A stretch of 64,000 nt of DNA from the human T2T-CHM13v2.0 reference genome, Homo sapiens. Location of the stretch: the NCBI RefSeq assembly GCF_009914755.1, contig NC_060948.1. The stretch is one strand, 5' to 3'. The position numbers and the translations under genes are program-made. Within the stretch, counting starts at the first letter, position 1. The number at the start of each line of letters is the position of its first letter. The notes beneath the pieces were generated by a model that worked only from the letters and a program-made list of their open reading frames with translations, ran no database searches and was not told where the DNA came from. Shown here one piece after another: positions 29,149 through 43,227 of this stretch.

Positions 29149-32100
29149 ATGGAGTCAAATGGAATGGTCTGGAATGGAATGAACACGAATGTAATGCAAT
29201 CCAATAGAATGGAATCGAATGGCATGGAATATAAAGAAATGGAATCGAAGAGAATGGAAACAAATGGAATGGAATTGAATGGAATGGAATTGAATGGAAT
29301 GGGAACGAATGGAGTGAAATTGTATGCAGTAGAAGAGAATAGAATGGAATGCAAGCGAAAGGAAAGGAATGGATTGGAATGGAATGGAATTCATTGGAAT
29401 GGAAGGGAATGTAGTGTAATGGACAGGCCTGGAATAAAGTGGAATGCTACGGTCTCGAATGGAATAAAAATGTATGGAATGGAATGCAATGAAACGGAAT
29501 CGAATGTCATAGAATGTAATGGAATGCAAAAAAATGGAATCCAAAATCATTGACTGGAAAGGCTGGGTGTCGAAAGGAATTGACTCCAATGGAATGGAAT
29601 CGAATGGCATGGAAGTGAATAGAATCGAACTAAATCGAATGGAATGGAATTGATAGGAACGGAATGGAAAGGAATGCAATGATTTGGCATGGAATGGAAT
29701 CGAATGGCATCGAATGGAATGGAATGGAATGCAATGGAATGGAATGTATTAGAATGTAATGAACTTTAATGGAATGTACTCGAATGGATTCGACTGGAAT
29801 GGAATGTTCTCGAAGTGAATGGACTCCAATGGAATGGATTCGAAAGGAATGGAATCTAATGGAATGGAATTAAATGGAAATGAATCAAATTGAATAGAAC
29901 GGAATTGAATTGAATGGAATCGAATGCAATGGAATCTAAAGAAAAGGAAAGGAAAGGAATGGAATGGATTGGAATGGAATGGGCTGGAATGGAATGGAAT
30001 CGAAACGAATGGAATGGAATCGAACTGAAGAGACTGGAATGGAATGCACTGGAATGGAAGGGAATGTAATGGAAGGTTCTCAAGAAAAATGGAATCGAAA
30101 GGAATGGAATTGAATGGAACGGAATAGAGTCGAATGGAATTCAATGGAATGGAATGGACTAGAGTGAAATGGAATCGAACCACAAGGAATGGACAGGAAT
30201 AGAATGGTCTCGAATTGAATGGAATCGTATGGAATGGCATCAAACGGAATGGAATGGACAGCCACGGAATGGAATGCACTCGAATGCAATGGAGTCGACA
30301 CTAACGGAGTGGAATAGAATGGACTCGACTGGTACGGACTCCAATGGAATGGAATCGAATGGAAGGGTATCGAACGGAATGGACTCGAAGGGAAAAGACT
30401 GCAATGGAAAGGTCTCGAATGGAATGGAAATTAATGGAATGGAATGGAATCGAATGAAATGGAGTCAAAAGGAATGGAATCGAATGGCAAGAAATCGAAT
30501 GTAATGGAATCGCAAGGAATTGAAGTGAACGGAACGGAATGCAATGGAATCCAAAGGAATGGAATAGAATGGAATGGAATCGAATGGAAAGGACTCGAAT
30601 GGAAATCACTCGAATAGAATGCAATTTAATAAAATAGGATCAAATGTAATGGAATGGAATGGAAAGGAATCGAAACGAAAGGAATGGAGACAGATGGAAT
30701 GGAATGGAACAGAGAGCAATGGTATAGAATGGAATGGAATCATCTGGAATGGAATTGAATGGAATGGAATAATATGAAATGGAATGGAATGGAATGGAAT
30801 GCCCTTGAATTAAATGGACTGGAATGGAATGGACTCGAACAGAGTGGAATGGAAAGTGTTGAAATAGAATGGAATGGACTCGTTTGGAATGGTCTAGTAT
30901 GCAATGCAATCGACTGGCAGGGAATCAAAAGGAATGTAATCGAATGGATTGGACTGGAATGCAATGGACTCGAATAGATTGGAAACGGAAAGCAAAGGAA
31001 TGGAATGGAATAGTATGGAATGGAATGGAAAGGAATGGAGTGGAATAGACTAGAGTGGAATGGAATGGACTGGAAAGCAATGGACTGGAATGGAACTTTC
31101 TTGAATGGACTGGAATCAAACGGAATGGAATGCAATGCAATCAAATGGCATGGAATAAAATAGAATGAAAGAGAATCAAATGGAATTGAATCGAATGGAA
31201 TCGAATGGATTGGAAAGGAATAGAATGGAATGGAACGGAATTGACTCAAATGGAATGGACTAGAATGGAATGGATTCGAATGGAAGGCAAATGAATGGAA
31301 TCTATTGGAATGGACTGTAATGGAATGGAATGGAAGGGATTGGAATGGACTCGAATAGAATGGACTGCAATAGAAAGGATTCGAATGGAATGAAAAAGAA
31401 TTGAATGAAATAGAAGAGAATGGAAACAAATCGAATGAAATGGAATGGAAGAGAAAGGAATGGAATGAAATGGAATGGAAAGGATTCGAATGGAATGCAA
31501 TCGAATGGAATGGAATCGAACGGAATGGAATAAAATGGAAGAAAACTGGCAAGAAATGGAATCGAAATGAATGGAGTGTTATGGAACGGACTCAAAAGGA
31601 ATTGAATGTAATAGAATGGAGTGGAGTGGACTCGAATATAATGGACTGGAATGGAATGAAATCACATGGAATGGGAACGAATGGAATGGAATGGAAAGGA
31701 ATGGAATCGAATGGAAAGGAATCGAATGGAAGGGAATGAAATTGAATCAACAGGAATGGAAGGAAGTAGAATAGACGGTAATGGAATGGACTCGAATAGA
31801 ATGGACACGAATGCTCAAATTGAATGGACTCGAATGGAATGGAAACGAAAGGAATGTCATCGAATGGAATTGAATCGATTGGAATGAAATCGCATAGAAT
31901 GGAGTGGAATCAAATGGAATTGAATCGAAAGGAAAGGAAGCGAATGGACTGAAATGAAATGGAATGGAATTGAATGGAAAGTAATGCAATGGAATAGAAT
32001 GGAACGAAATTTCACGGAATGGAATCAAACTGAATGGAATCAAATCAATGGAATCTAATCAAGTGGAATGGAAAGGAATTGAACGGAGTAGATTGGATTG

Positions 32101-32662
32101 GATGGGATTGGAATGAAATGTACTGGAAAGGACTCGAAATTCATGAAACGGAATGGAATGAACTGGAACGGAATGGAATCGAATGGAATGGAATGTCATG
32201 TAATGGCATCAAATGGAATGGAATCGAATGCGATGGAATGCTATGGAATGGAATGGAATGCATAGGAATGGAATGTCCTCTAATGGAATGTATTCGAGTG
32301 GAATGGAATCGAATATAATGCAGTCTAATGAAATGGAATTGAAAGGAATGGGACCGAATACAATGGAATAAACTGGAATGTAATGTAATGAACTCGAATG
32401 TAATTGACTGGAATGGAATGTACATGAATGGAATGTAATCGCATGGAAAGCAATCCAATGGAATAGAATCTAATGCAATAAAATCGACTCAAATAGAGTA
32501 GAATGTAATGGAATGGAGTGCAGTGCAATGGAATGGAATGGAATGCAACGGAATGGAATGGAATGGAATGGAATGGGATGGAATGGTATGGAATGGATAG
32601 TAATGGACTGGAGTGAAATGGACTGGAAAAGAATGGACTCAAATTGAAAGGGCTCGAAAGGA
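29149..32662 (+). repeat. DYZ1 unit 9, subtype B (3514 bp)
   Basis: GTTCTCAAGA at ~30076; GTCGACACTAACGG at ~30294. Confidence 0.88.
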
Positions 32663-35600
32663 ATGGAGTCAAATGGAATGGTCTGGAATGGAATGAACAC
32701 GAATGTAATGCAATCCAATAGAATGGAATCGAATGGCATGGAATATAAAGAAATGGAATCGAAGAGAATGGAAACAAATGGAATGGAATTGAATGGAATG
32801 GAATTGAATGGAATGGGAACGAATGGAGTGAAATTGTATGCAGTAGAAGAGAATAGAATGGAATGCAAGCGAAAGGAAAGGAATGGATTGGAATGGAATG
32901 GAATTCATTGGAATGGAAGGGAATGTAGTGTAATGGACAGGCCTGGAATAAAGTGGAATGCTACGGTCTCGAATGGAATAAAAATGTATGGAATGGAATG
33001 CAATGAAATGGAATCGAATGTCATAGAATGTAATGGAATGCAAAAAAATGGACTCCAAAATCATTGACTGGAAAGGCTGGGTGTCGAAAGGAATTGACTC
33101 CAATGGAATGGAATCGAATGGCATGGAAGTGAATAGAATGGAACTAAATCGAATGGAATGGAATTGATAGGAACGGAATGGAAAGGAATGCAATGATTTG
33201 GCATGGAATGGAATCGAATGGCATCGAATGGAATGGAATGGAATGCAATGGAATGGAATGTATTAGAATGTAATGAACTTTAATGGAATGTACTCGAATG
33301 GATTCGACTGGAATGGAATGTTCTCGAAGTGAATGGACTCCAATGGAATGGATTCGAAAGGAATGGAATCTAATGGAATGGAATTAAATGGAAATGAATC
33401 AAATTGAATAGAACGGAATTGAATTGAATGGAATCGAATGCAATGGAATCTAATGAAAAGGAAAGGAAAGGAATGGAATGGATTGGAATGGAATGGGCTG
33501 GAATGGAATGGAATCGAAACGAATGGAATGGAATCGAACTGAAGAGACTGGAATGGAATGCACTGGAATGGAAGGGAATGTAATGGAAGGTTCTCAAGAA
33601 AAATGGAATCGAAAGGAATGGAATTGAATGGAACGGAATAGAGTCGAATGGAATTCAATGGAATGGAATGGACTAGAGTGAAATGGAATCGAACCACAAG
33701 GAATGGACAGGAATAGAATGGTCTCGAATTGAATGGAATCGTATGGAATGGCATCAAACGGAATGGAATGGACAGCCACGGAATGGAATGCACTCGAATG
33801 CAATGGAGTCGACACTAACGGAGTGGAATAGAATGGACTCGACTGGTACGGACTCCAATGGAATGGAATCGAATGGAAGGGTATCGAACGGAATGGACTC
33901 GAAGGGAAAAGACTGCAATGGAAAGGTCTCGAATGGAATGGAAATTAATGGAATGGAATGGAATCGAATGAAATGGAGTCAAAAGGAATGGAATCGAATG
34001 GCAAGAAATCGAATGTAATGGAATCGCAAGGAATTGAAGTGAACGGAACGGAATGCAATGGAATCCAAAGGAATGGAATAGAATGGAATGGAATCGAATG
34101 GAAAGGACTCGAATGGAAATCACTCGAATAGAATGCAATTTAATAAAATAGGATCAAATGTAATGGAATGGAATGGAAAGGAATCGAAACGAAAGGAATG
34201 GAGACAGATGGAATGGAATGGAACAGAGAGCAATGGTATAGAATGGAATGGAATCATCTGGAATGGAATTGAATGGAATGGAATAATATGAAATGGAATG
34301 GAATGGAATGGAATGCCCTTGAATTAAATGGACTGGAATGGAATGGACTCGAACAGAGTGGAATGGAAAGTGTTGAAATAGAATGGAATGGACTCGTTTG
34401 GAATGGTCTAGTATGCAATGCAATCGACTGGCAGGGAATCAAAAGGAATGTAATCGAATGGATTGGACTGGAATGCAATGGACTCGAATAGATTGGAAAC
34501 GGAAAGCAAAGGAATGGAATGGAATAGTATGGAATGGAATGGAAAGGAATGGAGTGGAATAGACTAGAGTGGAATGGAATGGACTGGAAAGCAATGGACT
34601 GGAAAGGAACTTTCTTGAATGGACTGGAATCAAACGGAATGGAATGCAATGCAATCAAATGGCATGGAATAAAATAGAATGAAAGAGAATCAAATGGAAT
34701 TGAATCGAATGGAATCGAATGGATTGGATAGGAATAGAATGGAATGGAACGGAATTGACTCAAATGGAATGGACTAGAATGGAATGGATTCGAATGGAAG
34801 GCAAATGAATGGAATCTATTGGAATGGACTGTAATGGAATGGAATGGAAGGGATTGGAATGGACTCGAATGGAATGGACTGCAATAGAAAGGATTCGAAT
34901 GGAATGAAAAAGAATTGAATGGAATAGAACAGAATGGAATCAAATCGAATGAAATGGAATGGAAGAGAAAGGAATGGAATGAAATGGAATGGAAAGGATT
35001 CGAATGGAATGCAATCGAATGGAATGGAATCGAACGGAATGGAATAAAATGGAAGAAAACTGGCAAGAAATGGAATCGAAATGAATGGAGTGTTATGGAA
35101 CGGACTCAAAAGGAATTGAATGTAATAGAATGGAGTGGAGTGGACTCGAATATAATGGACTGGAATGGAATGAAATCACATGGAATGGGAACGAATGGAA
35201 TGGAATGGAAAGGAATGGAATCGAATGGAAAGGAATCGAATGGAAGGGAATGAAATTGAATCAACAGGAATGGAAGGGAGTAGAATAGACGGTAATGGAA
35301 TGGACTCGAATAGAATGGACACGAATGCTCAAATTGAATGGACTCGAATGGAATGGAAACGAAAGGAATGTCATCGAATGGAATTGAATCGATTGGAATG
35401 AAATCGCATAGAATGGAGTGGAATCAAATGGAATTGAATCGAAAGGAAAGGAAGCGAATGGACTGAAATGAAATGGAATGGAATTGAATGGAAAGTAATG
35501 CAATGGAATAGAATGGAACGAAATTTCACGGAATGGAATCAAACTGAATGGAATCAAATCAATGGAATATAATCAAATGGAATGGAAAGGAATTGAATGG

Positions 35601-36176
35601 AGTAGATTGGATTGGATGGGATTGGAATGAAATGTACTGGAAAGGACTCGAAATTCATGAAACGGAATGGAATGAACTGGAACGGAATGGAATCGAATGG
35701 AATGGAATGTCATGGAATGGCATCAAATGGAATGGAATCGAATGCGATGGAATGCTATGGAATGGAATGGAATGCATAGGAATGGAATGTCCTCTAATGG
35801 AATGTATTCGAGTGGAATGGAATCGAATATAATGGAGTCTAATGAAATGGAATTGAAAGGAATGGGACCGAATACAATGGAATAAACTGGAATGTAATGT
35901 AATGAACTCGAATGTAATTGACTGGAATGGAATGTACATGAATGGAATGTAATCGAATGGAAAGCAATCCAATGGAATAGAATCTAATGCAATAAAATCG
36001 ACTCAAATAGAGTAGAATGTAATGGAATGGAGTGCAGTGCAATGGAATGGAATGGAATGCAACGGAATGGAATGGAATGGAATGGAATGGGATGGAATGG
36101 TATGGAATGGATAGTAATGGACTGGAGTGAAATGGACTGGAAAAGAATGGACTCAAATTGAAAGGGCTCGAAAGTA
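32663..36176 (+). repeat. DYZ1 unit 10, subtype B (3514 bp)
   Basis: TTCTCAAGAA at 33591; GACACTAACG at 33811. Confidence 0.88.
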
Positions 36177-39100
36177 ATGGAGTCAAATGGAATGGTCTGG
36201 AATGGAATGAACACGAATGTAATGCAATCCAATAGAATGGAATCGAATGGCATGGAATATAAAGAAATGGAATCGAAGAGAATGGAAACAAATGGAATGG
36301 AATTGAATGGAATGGAATTGAATGGAATGGGAACGAATGGAGTGAAATTGTATGCAGTAGAAGAGAATAGAATGGAATGCAAGCGAAAGGAAAGGAATGG
36401 ATTGGAATGGAATGGAATTCATTGGAATGGAAGGGAATGTAGTGTAATGGACAGGCCTGGAATAAAGTGGAATGCTACGGTCTCGAATGGAATAAAAATG
36501 TATGGAATGGAATGCAATGAAACGGAATCGAATGTCATAGAATGTAATGGAATGCAAAAAAATGGACTCCAAAATCATTGACTGGAAAGGCTGGGTGTCG
36601 AAAGGAATTGACTCCAATGGAATGGAATCGAATGGAATGGAAGTGAATAGAATCGAACTAAATCGAATGGAATGGAATTGATAGGAACGGAATGGAAAGG
36701 AATGCAATGATTTGGCATGGAATGGAATCGAAAGGCATCGAATGGAATGGAATGGAATGCAATGGAATGGAATGTATTAGAATGTAATGAACATTAATGG
36801 AAAGTACTCGAATGGATTCGACTGGAATGGAATGTTCTGGAAGTGAATGGACTCCAATGGAATGGATTCGAAAGGAATGGAATCGAACGGAATGGAATTA
36901 AACGGAAATGAATCAAATAGAATAGAACGGAATTGAATTGAATGGAATCGAATGCAATGGAATCTAATGAAACGGAAAGGAATGGAATGGAATGGGCTGG
37001 AATGGAATGGAATCGAAACGAATGGAATGGAATCGAACTGAAGAGACTGGAATGGAATGCACTGGAATGGAAGGGAATGTAATGGAAGGTTCTCGAAAAA
37101 AATGGAATCGAAAGGAATGGAATTGAATGGAACGGAATAGAGTCGAATGGAATTCAATGGAATGGAATGGACTAGAGTGAAATGGAATCGAACCACAAGG
37201 AATGGACAGGAATAGAATGGTCTCGAATTGAATGGAATCGTATGGAATGGCATCAAACGGAATGGAATGGACGGCCACGGAATGGAATGCACTCGAATGC
37301 AATGGAGTCGAAACTAATGGACTGGAATAGAATGGACTCGACTGGTACGGACTCCAATGGAATGGAATCGAATGGAAGGGAATCGAACGGAAGGGAATCG
37401 AACGGAATGGACTCGAAGGGAAAAGACTGCAATGGAAAGGTCTCGAATGGAATGGAAATTAATGGAATGGAATGGAATCGAATGAAATGGAGTCAAAAGG
37501 AATGGAATCGAATGGCAAGAAATCGAATGTAATGGAATCGCAAGGAATTGATGTGAACGGAACGGAATGGAATGGAATCCAAAGGAATGGAATAGAATGG
37601 AATGGAATCGAATGGAAAGGACTCGAATGGAAATCACTCGAATAGAATGCAATTTAATAAAATAGGATCAAATGTAATGGAATGGAATGGAAAGGAATCG
37701 AAACGAAAGGAATGGAGACAGATGGAATGGAATGGAACAGAGAGCAATGGTATAGAATGGAATGGAATCATCTGGAATGGAATTGAATGGAATGGAATAA
37801 TATGAAATGGAATGGAATGGAATGGAATGTCCTTGAATTAAATGGACTGGAATGGAATGGACTCGAAGAGAGTGGAATGGAAAGTGTTGAAATAGCATGG
37901 AATGGACTCGTTTGGAATGGTGTAGTATGCAATGCAATCGACTGGCAGGGAATCAAAAGGAATGTAATCGAATGGATTGGACTGGAATGCAATGGACTCG
38001 AATAGATTGGAAACGGAATGCAAAGGAATGGAATGGAATAGTATGGAATGGAATGGAAAGGAATGGAGTGGAATAGACTAGAGTGGAATGGAATGGACTC
38101 GAAAGCAATGGACTGGAATGGAACTTTCTTGAATGGACTGGAATCAAACGGAATGGAATGCAATGCAATCAAATGGCATGGAATAAAATAGAATGAAAGA
38201 GAATCAAACGGAATTGAATCGAATGGAATCGAATGGATTGGAAAGGAATAGAATGGAATGGAATGGAATTGACTCAAATGGAATGGACTAGAATGGAATG
38301 GATTCGAATGGAAGGCAAAGGAATGGAATCTATTGGAATGGACTGTAATGGAATGGAATGGAAGGGATTGGAATGGACTCGAATGGAATGGACTGCAATA
38401 GAAAGGATTCGAATGGAATGAAAAAGAATTGAATGGAATAGAACAGAATGGAATCAAACCTCATGAAATAGAATGGAATAGAAAGGAATGGAATGAAATC
38501 GAATGGAAAGGATTCGAATGGAATGCAATCGAATGGAATGCAATCGAATGGAATGGAATCGAACGGAATGGAATAAAATGGAAGAAAACTGGCAAGAAAT
38601 GGAATCGAAATGAATGGAGTGTTAAGGAACGGACTCAAAAGGAATTGAATGTAATAGAATGGAGTGGAGTGGACTCGAATATAATGGACTGGAATGGAAT
38701 GAAATCACATGGAATGGGAACGAATGGAATGGAATGGAAAGGAATGGAATCGAATGGAAAGGAATCGAATGGAAGGGAATGAAATTGAATCAACAGGAAT
38801 GGAAGGGAATAGAATAGACGGTAATGGAATGGACTCGAATAGAATGGACACGAATGCTCAAATTGAATGGACTCGAATGGAATGGAAATGAAAGGAATGT
38901 CATCGAATGCAATTCAATCGATTGGAATGAAATCGCATAGGATGGAGTGGAATCAAATGGAATTGAATCGAAAGGAAAAGAAGCGAATTGACTGAAATGA
39001 AATGGAATGGAATTGAATGGAAAGTAATGCAACGGAATAGAATGGATTGAAATTTCACGGAATGGAATCAAACTGAATGGAATCAAATCAATGGAATATA

Positions 39101-39690
39101 ATCAAATGGAATGGAAAGGAATTGAATGGAGTAGATTGTATTGGATGGGATTGGAATGAAATGTACTGGAAAGGACTCGAATTTCATGAAACGGAATGGA
39201 ATGTATTAGAACGGAATGGACTCGAATGGAATTGAATGTCACGGAATGGCATCAAATGGAATGGCATCAATTGGAATGGAATCGAATGCAATGGAATGCT
39301 ATGGAATGGAATGGAATGCATTGGAATGGAATGTCCTCTAATGGAATGGATTCGAGTGGAATGGAATCGAATATAATGGAGTCTAATGAAATGGAATTGA
39401 AAGGAATGGGATCCAATACAATGGAATATACTGGAATGTAATGTAATGAACTCGAATGTAATTGACTGGAATGGAATGTACATGAGTGGAATGTAATCGA
39501 ATGGAAAGTAATCCAATGGAATAGAATCTAATGCAATAAAATCGACTCAAATAGAGTAGAATGTAATGGAATGGAGTGCAGTGCAATGGAATGGAATGGA
39601 ATGGGATGGAATGGTATGGAATGGATAGTAATGGACTGGAGTGAAATGGACTGGAAAATAATGGACTCAAATTGAAAGGGCTCGAAAGGA
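36177..39690 (+). repeat. DYZ1 unit 11, subtype C (3514 bp)
   Basis: ACATTAATGG at 36791; ACGGCCACGG at 37271; 15-bp duplication near 37380. Confidence 0.88.
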
Positions 39691-42600
39691 ATGGAGTCAA
39701 ATGGAATGGTCTGGAATGGAATGAACACGAATGTAATGCAATCCAATAGAATGGAATCGAATGGCATGGAATATAAAGAAATGGAATCGAAGAGAATGGA
39801 AACAAATGGAATGGAATTGAATGGAATGGAATTGAATGGAATGGGAACGAATGGAGTGAAATTGTATGCAGTAGAAGAGAATAGAAAGGAATGCAAGCGA
39901 AAGGAAAGGAATGGATTGGAATGGAATGGAATTCATTGGAATGGAAGGGAATGTAGTGTAATGGACAGGCCTGTAATAAAGTGGAATGCTACGGTCTCGA
40001 ATGGAATAAAAATGTATGGAATGGAATGCAATGAAACGGAATCGAATGTCATAGAAGTAATGGAATGCAAAAAAATGGACTCCAAAATCATTGACTGGAA
40101 AGGCTGGGTGTCGAAAGGAATTTACTCCAATGGAATGGAATCGAATGGAATGGAAGTGAATAGAATCGAACTAAATCGAATGGAATGGAATTGATAGGAA
40201 CGGAATGGAAAGGAATGCAATGATTTCGCATGGAATGGAATCGAATGGCATCGAATGGAATGGAATGGAATGCAATGGAATGGAATGTATTAAAATGTAA
40301 TGAACTTTAATGGAATGTACTCGAATGGATTCGACTGGAATGGAATGTTCTCGAAGTGAATGGACTCCAATGGAATGGATTCGAAAGGAATGGAATCTAA
40401 TGGAATGGAATTAAATGGAAATGAATCAAATTGAATAGAACGGAATTGAATTGAATGGAATCGAATGCAATGGAATCTAATGAAACGGAAAGGAAAGGAA
40501 TGGAATGGAATGGAATGGAATGGGCTGGAATGGAATGGAATCGAAACGAATGGAATGGAATCGAACTGAAGAGACTGGAATGGAATACACTGGAATGGAA
40601 GGGAATGTAATGGAAGGTTCTCGAAAAAATGTAATTGAAAGGAATGGAATTGAGTGGAACGGAATAGAGTCGAATGGAATTCAATGGAATGGAATGGACT
40701 AGAGTGAAATGGAATCGAACCACAAGGAATGGACAGGAATAGAATGGTCTCGAATTGAATGGAATCGTATGGAATGGCATCAAACGGAATGGAATGGACA
40801 GCCACGGAATGGAATGCACTCGAATGCAATGGAGTCGAAACTAATGGACTGGAATAGAATGGACTCGACTGGTACGGACTCCAATGGAATGGAATCGAAT
40901 GGAAGGGAATCGAACGGAATGGACTCGAAGGGAAAAGACTGCAATGGAAAGGTCTCGAATGGAATGGAAATTAATGGAATGGAATGGAATCGAATGAAAT
41001 GGAGTCAAAAGGAATGGAATCGAATGGCAAGAAATCGGATGTAATGGAATCGCAAGGAATTGATGTGAACGGAACGGAATGGAATGGAATCCAAAGGAAT
41101 GGAATAGAATGGAATGGAATCGAATGGAAAGGACTCGAATGGAAATCACTCGAATAGAATGCAATTTAATAAAATAGGATCAAATGTAATGGAATGGAAT
41201 GGAAAGGAATCGAAACGAAAGGAATGGAGACAGATGGAATGGAATGGAACAGAGAGCAATGGTATAGAATGGAATGGAATCATCTGGAATGGAATTGAAT
41301 GGAATGGAATAACATGAAATGGACTGGAATGGAATGGAATGCCCTTGAATTAAATGGACTGGAATGGAATGGACTCGAACAGAGTGGAATGGAAAGTGTT
41401 GAAATAGAATGGAATGGACTCGTTTGGAATGGTCTAGTATGCAATGCAATCGACTGGCAGGGAATCAAAAGGAATGTAATCGAATGGATTGGACTGGAAT
41501 GCAATGGACTCGAATAGATTGGAAACGGAATGCAAAGGAATGGAATGGAATAGTATGGAATGGAATGGAAAGGAATGGAGTGGAATAGACTAGAGTGGAA
41601 TGGAATGGACTCGAAAGCAATGGACTGGAATGGAACTTTCTTGAATGGACTGGAATCAAACGGAATGGAATGTAATGCAATCAAATGGCATGGAATAAAA
41701 TAGAATGAAAGAGAATCAAATGGAATTGAATCGAATGGAATCGAATGGATTGGCAAGGAATAGAATGGAATGGAATGGAATTGACTCAAATGGAATGGAC
41801 TAGAATGGAATGGATTCGAATGGAAGGCAAAGGAATGGAATCTATTGGAATGGACTGTAATGGAATGGAATGGAAGGGATTGGAATGGACTCGAATGGAA
41901 TGGACTGCAATAGAAAGGATTCGAATGGAATGAAAAAGAATTGAATGGAATAGAACAGAATGGAATCAAATCGAATGAAATGGAATGGAATAGAAAGGAA
42001 TGGAATGAAATGGAATGGAAAGGATTCGAATGGAATGCAATCGAATGGACTGGAATCGAACGGAATGGAATAAAATGGAAGAAAACTGGCAAGAAATGGA
42101 ATCGAAATGAATGGAGTGTTATGGAACGGACTCAAAAGGAATTGAATGTAATAGAATGGAGTGGAGTGGACTCCAATATAATAGACTGGAATGGAATGAA
42201 ATCACATGGAATGGGAACGAATGGAATGGAATGGAAAGGAATGGAATCGAATGGAAAGGAATCGAATGGAAGGGAATGAAATTGAATCAACAGGAATGGA
42301 AAGGAGTAGAATAGACGGTAATGGAATGGGCTCGAATAGAATGGACACGAATGCTCAAATTAAATGGACTCGAATGGAATGGAAACGAAAGGAATGTCAT
42401 CGAATGGAATTGAATCGATTGGAATGAAATCACATAGAATGGAGTGGAATCAAATGGAATTGAATCGAAAGGAAAGGAAGCGAATGGACTGAAATGAAAT
42501 GGAATGGAATTGAATGGAAATTAATGCAATGGAATAGAATGGAAAGAAATTTCACGGAATGGAATCAAACTGAATGGAATCAAATCAATGGAATATAATC

Positions 42601-43227
42601 AAATGGAATGGAAAGGAATTGAATGGAGTAGATTGGATTGGATGGGATTGGAATGAAATGTACTGGAAAGGACTCGAATTTCATGAAACGGAATGGAATG
42701 AATTAGAACGGAATGGACTCGAATGGAATGGAATATCACGGAATGGCATCAAATGGAATGGCATCAATTGGAATGGAATCGAATGCAATGTAATGCTATG
42801 GAATGGAATGGAATGCATTGGAATGGAATGTCCTCTAATGGAATGGATTCGAGTGGAATGGAATCGAATATAATGGAGTCTAATGAAATGGAATTGAAAG
42901 GAATGGGATCCAATACAATGGAATATACTGGAATGTAATGTAATGAACTCGAATGTAATTGACTGGAATGGAATGTACATGAATGGAATGTAATCGAATG
43001 GAAAGTAATCCAATGGAATAGAATCTAATGCAATAAAATCGACTCAAGTAGAGTAGAATATAATGGAATGGAGTGCAGTGCAATGGAATGGAATGGAATG
43101 GAATGCAATGGAATGGAATGGAATGGAATGGAATGGAATGGGATGGAATGGTATGGAATGGATAGTAATGGACTGGAGTGAAATGGACTGGAAAGGAATG
43201 GACTCAAATTGAAAGGGCTCGAAAGGA
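39691..43227 (+). repeat. DYZ1 unit 12, subtype A (3537 bp)
   Basis: ATAGAAGTAA at 40051; TGATTTCGCA at 40221; GGCCTGTAATAA at ~39968. Confidence 0.88.
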
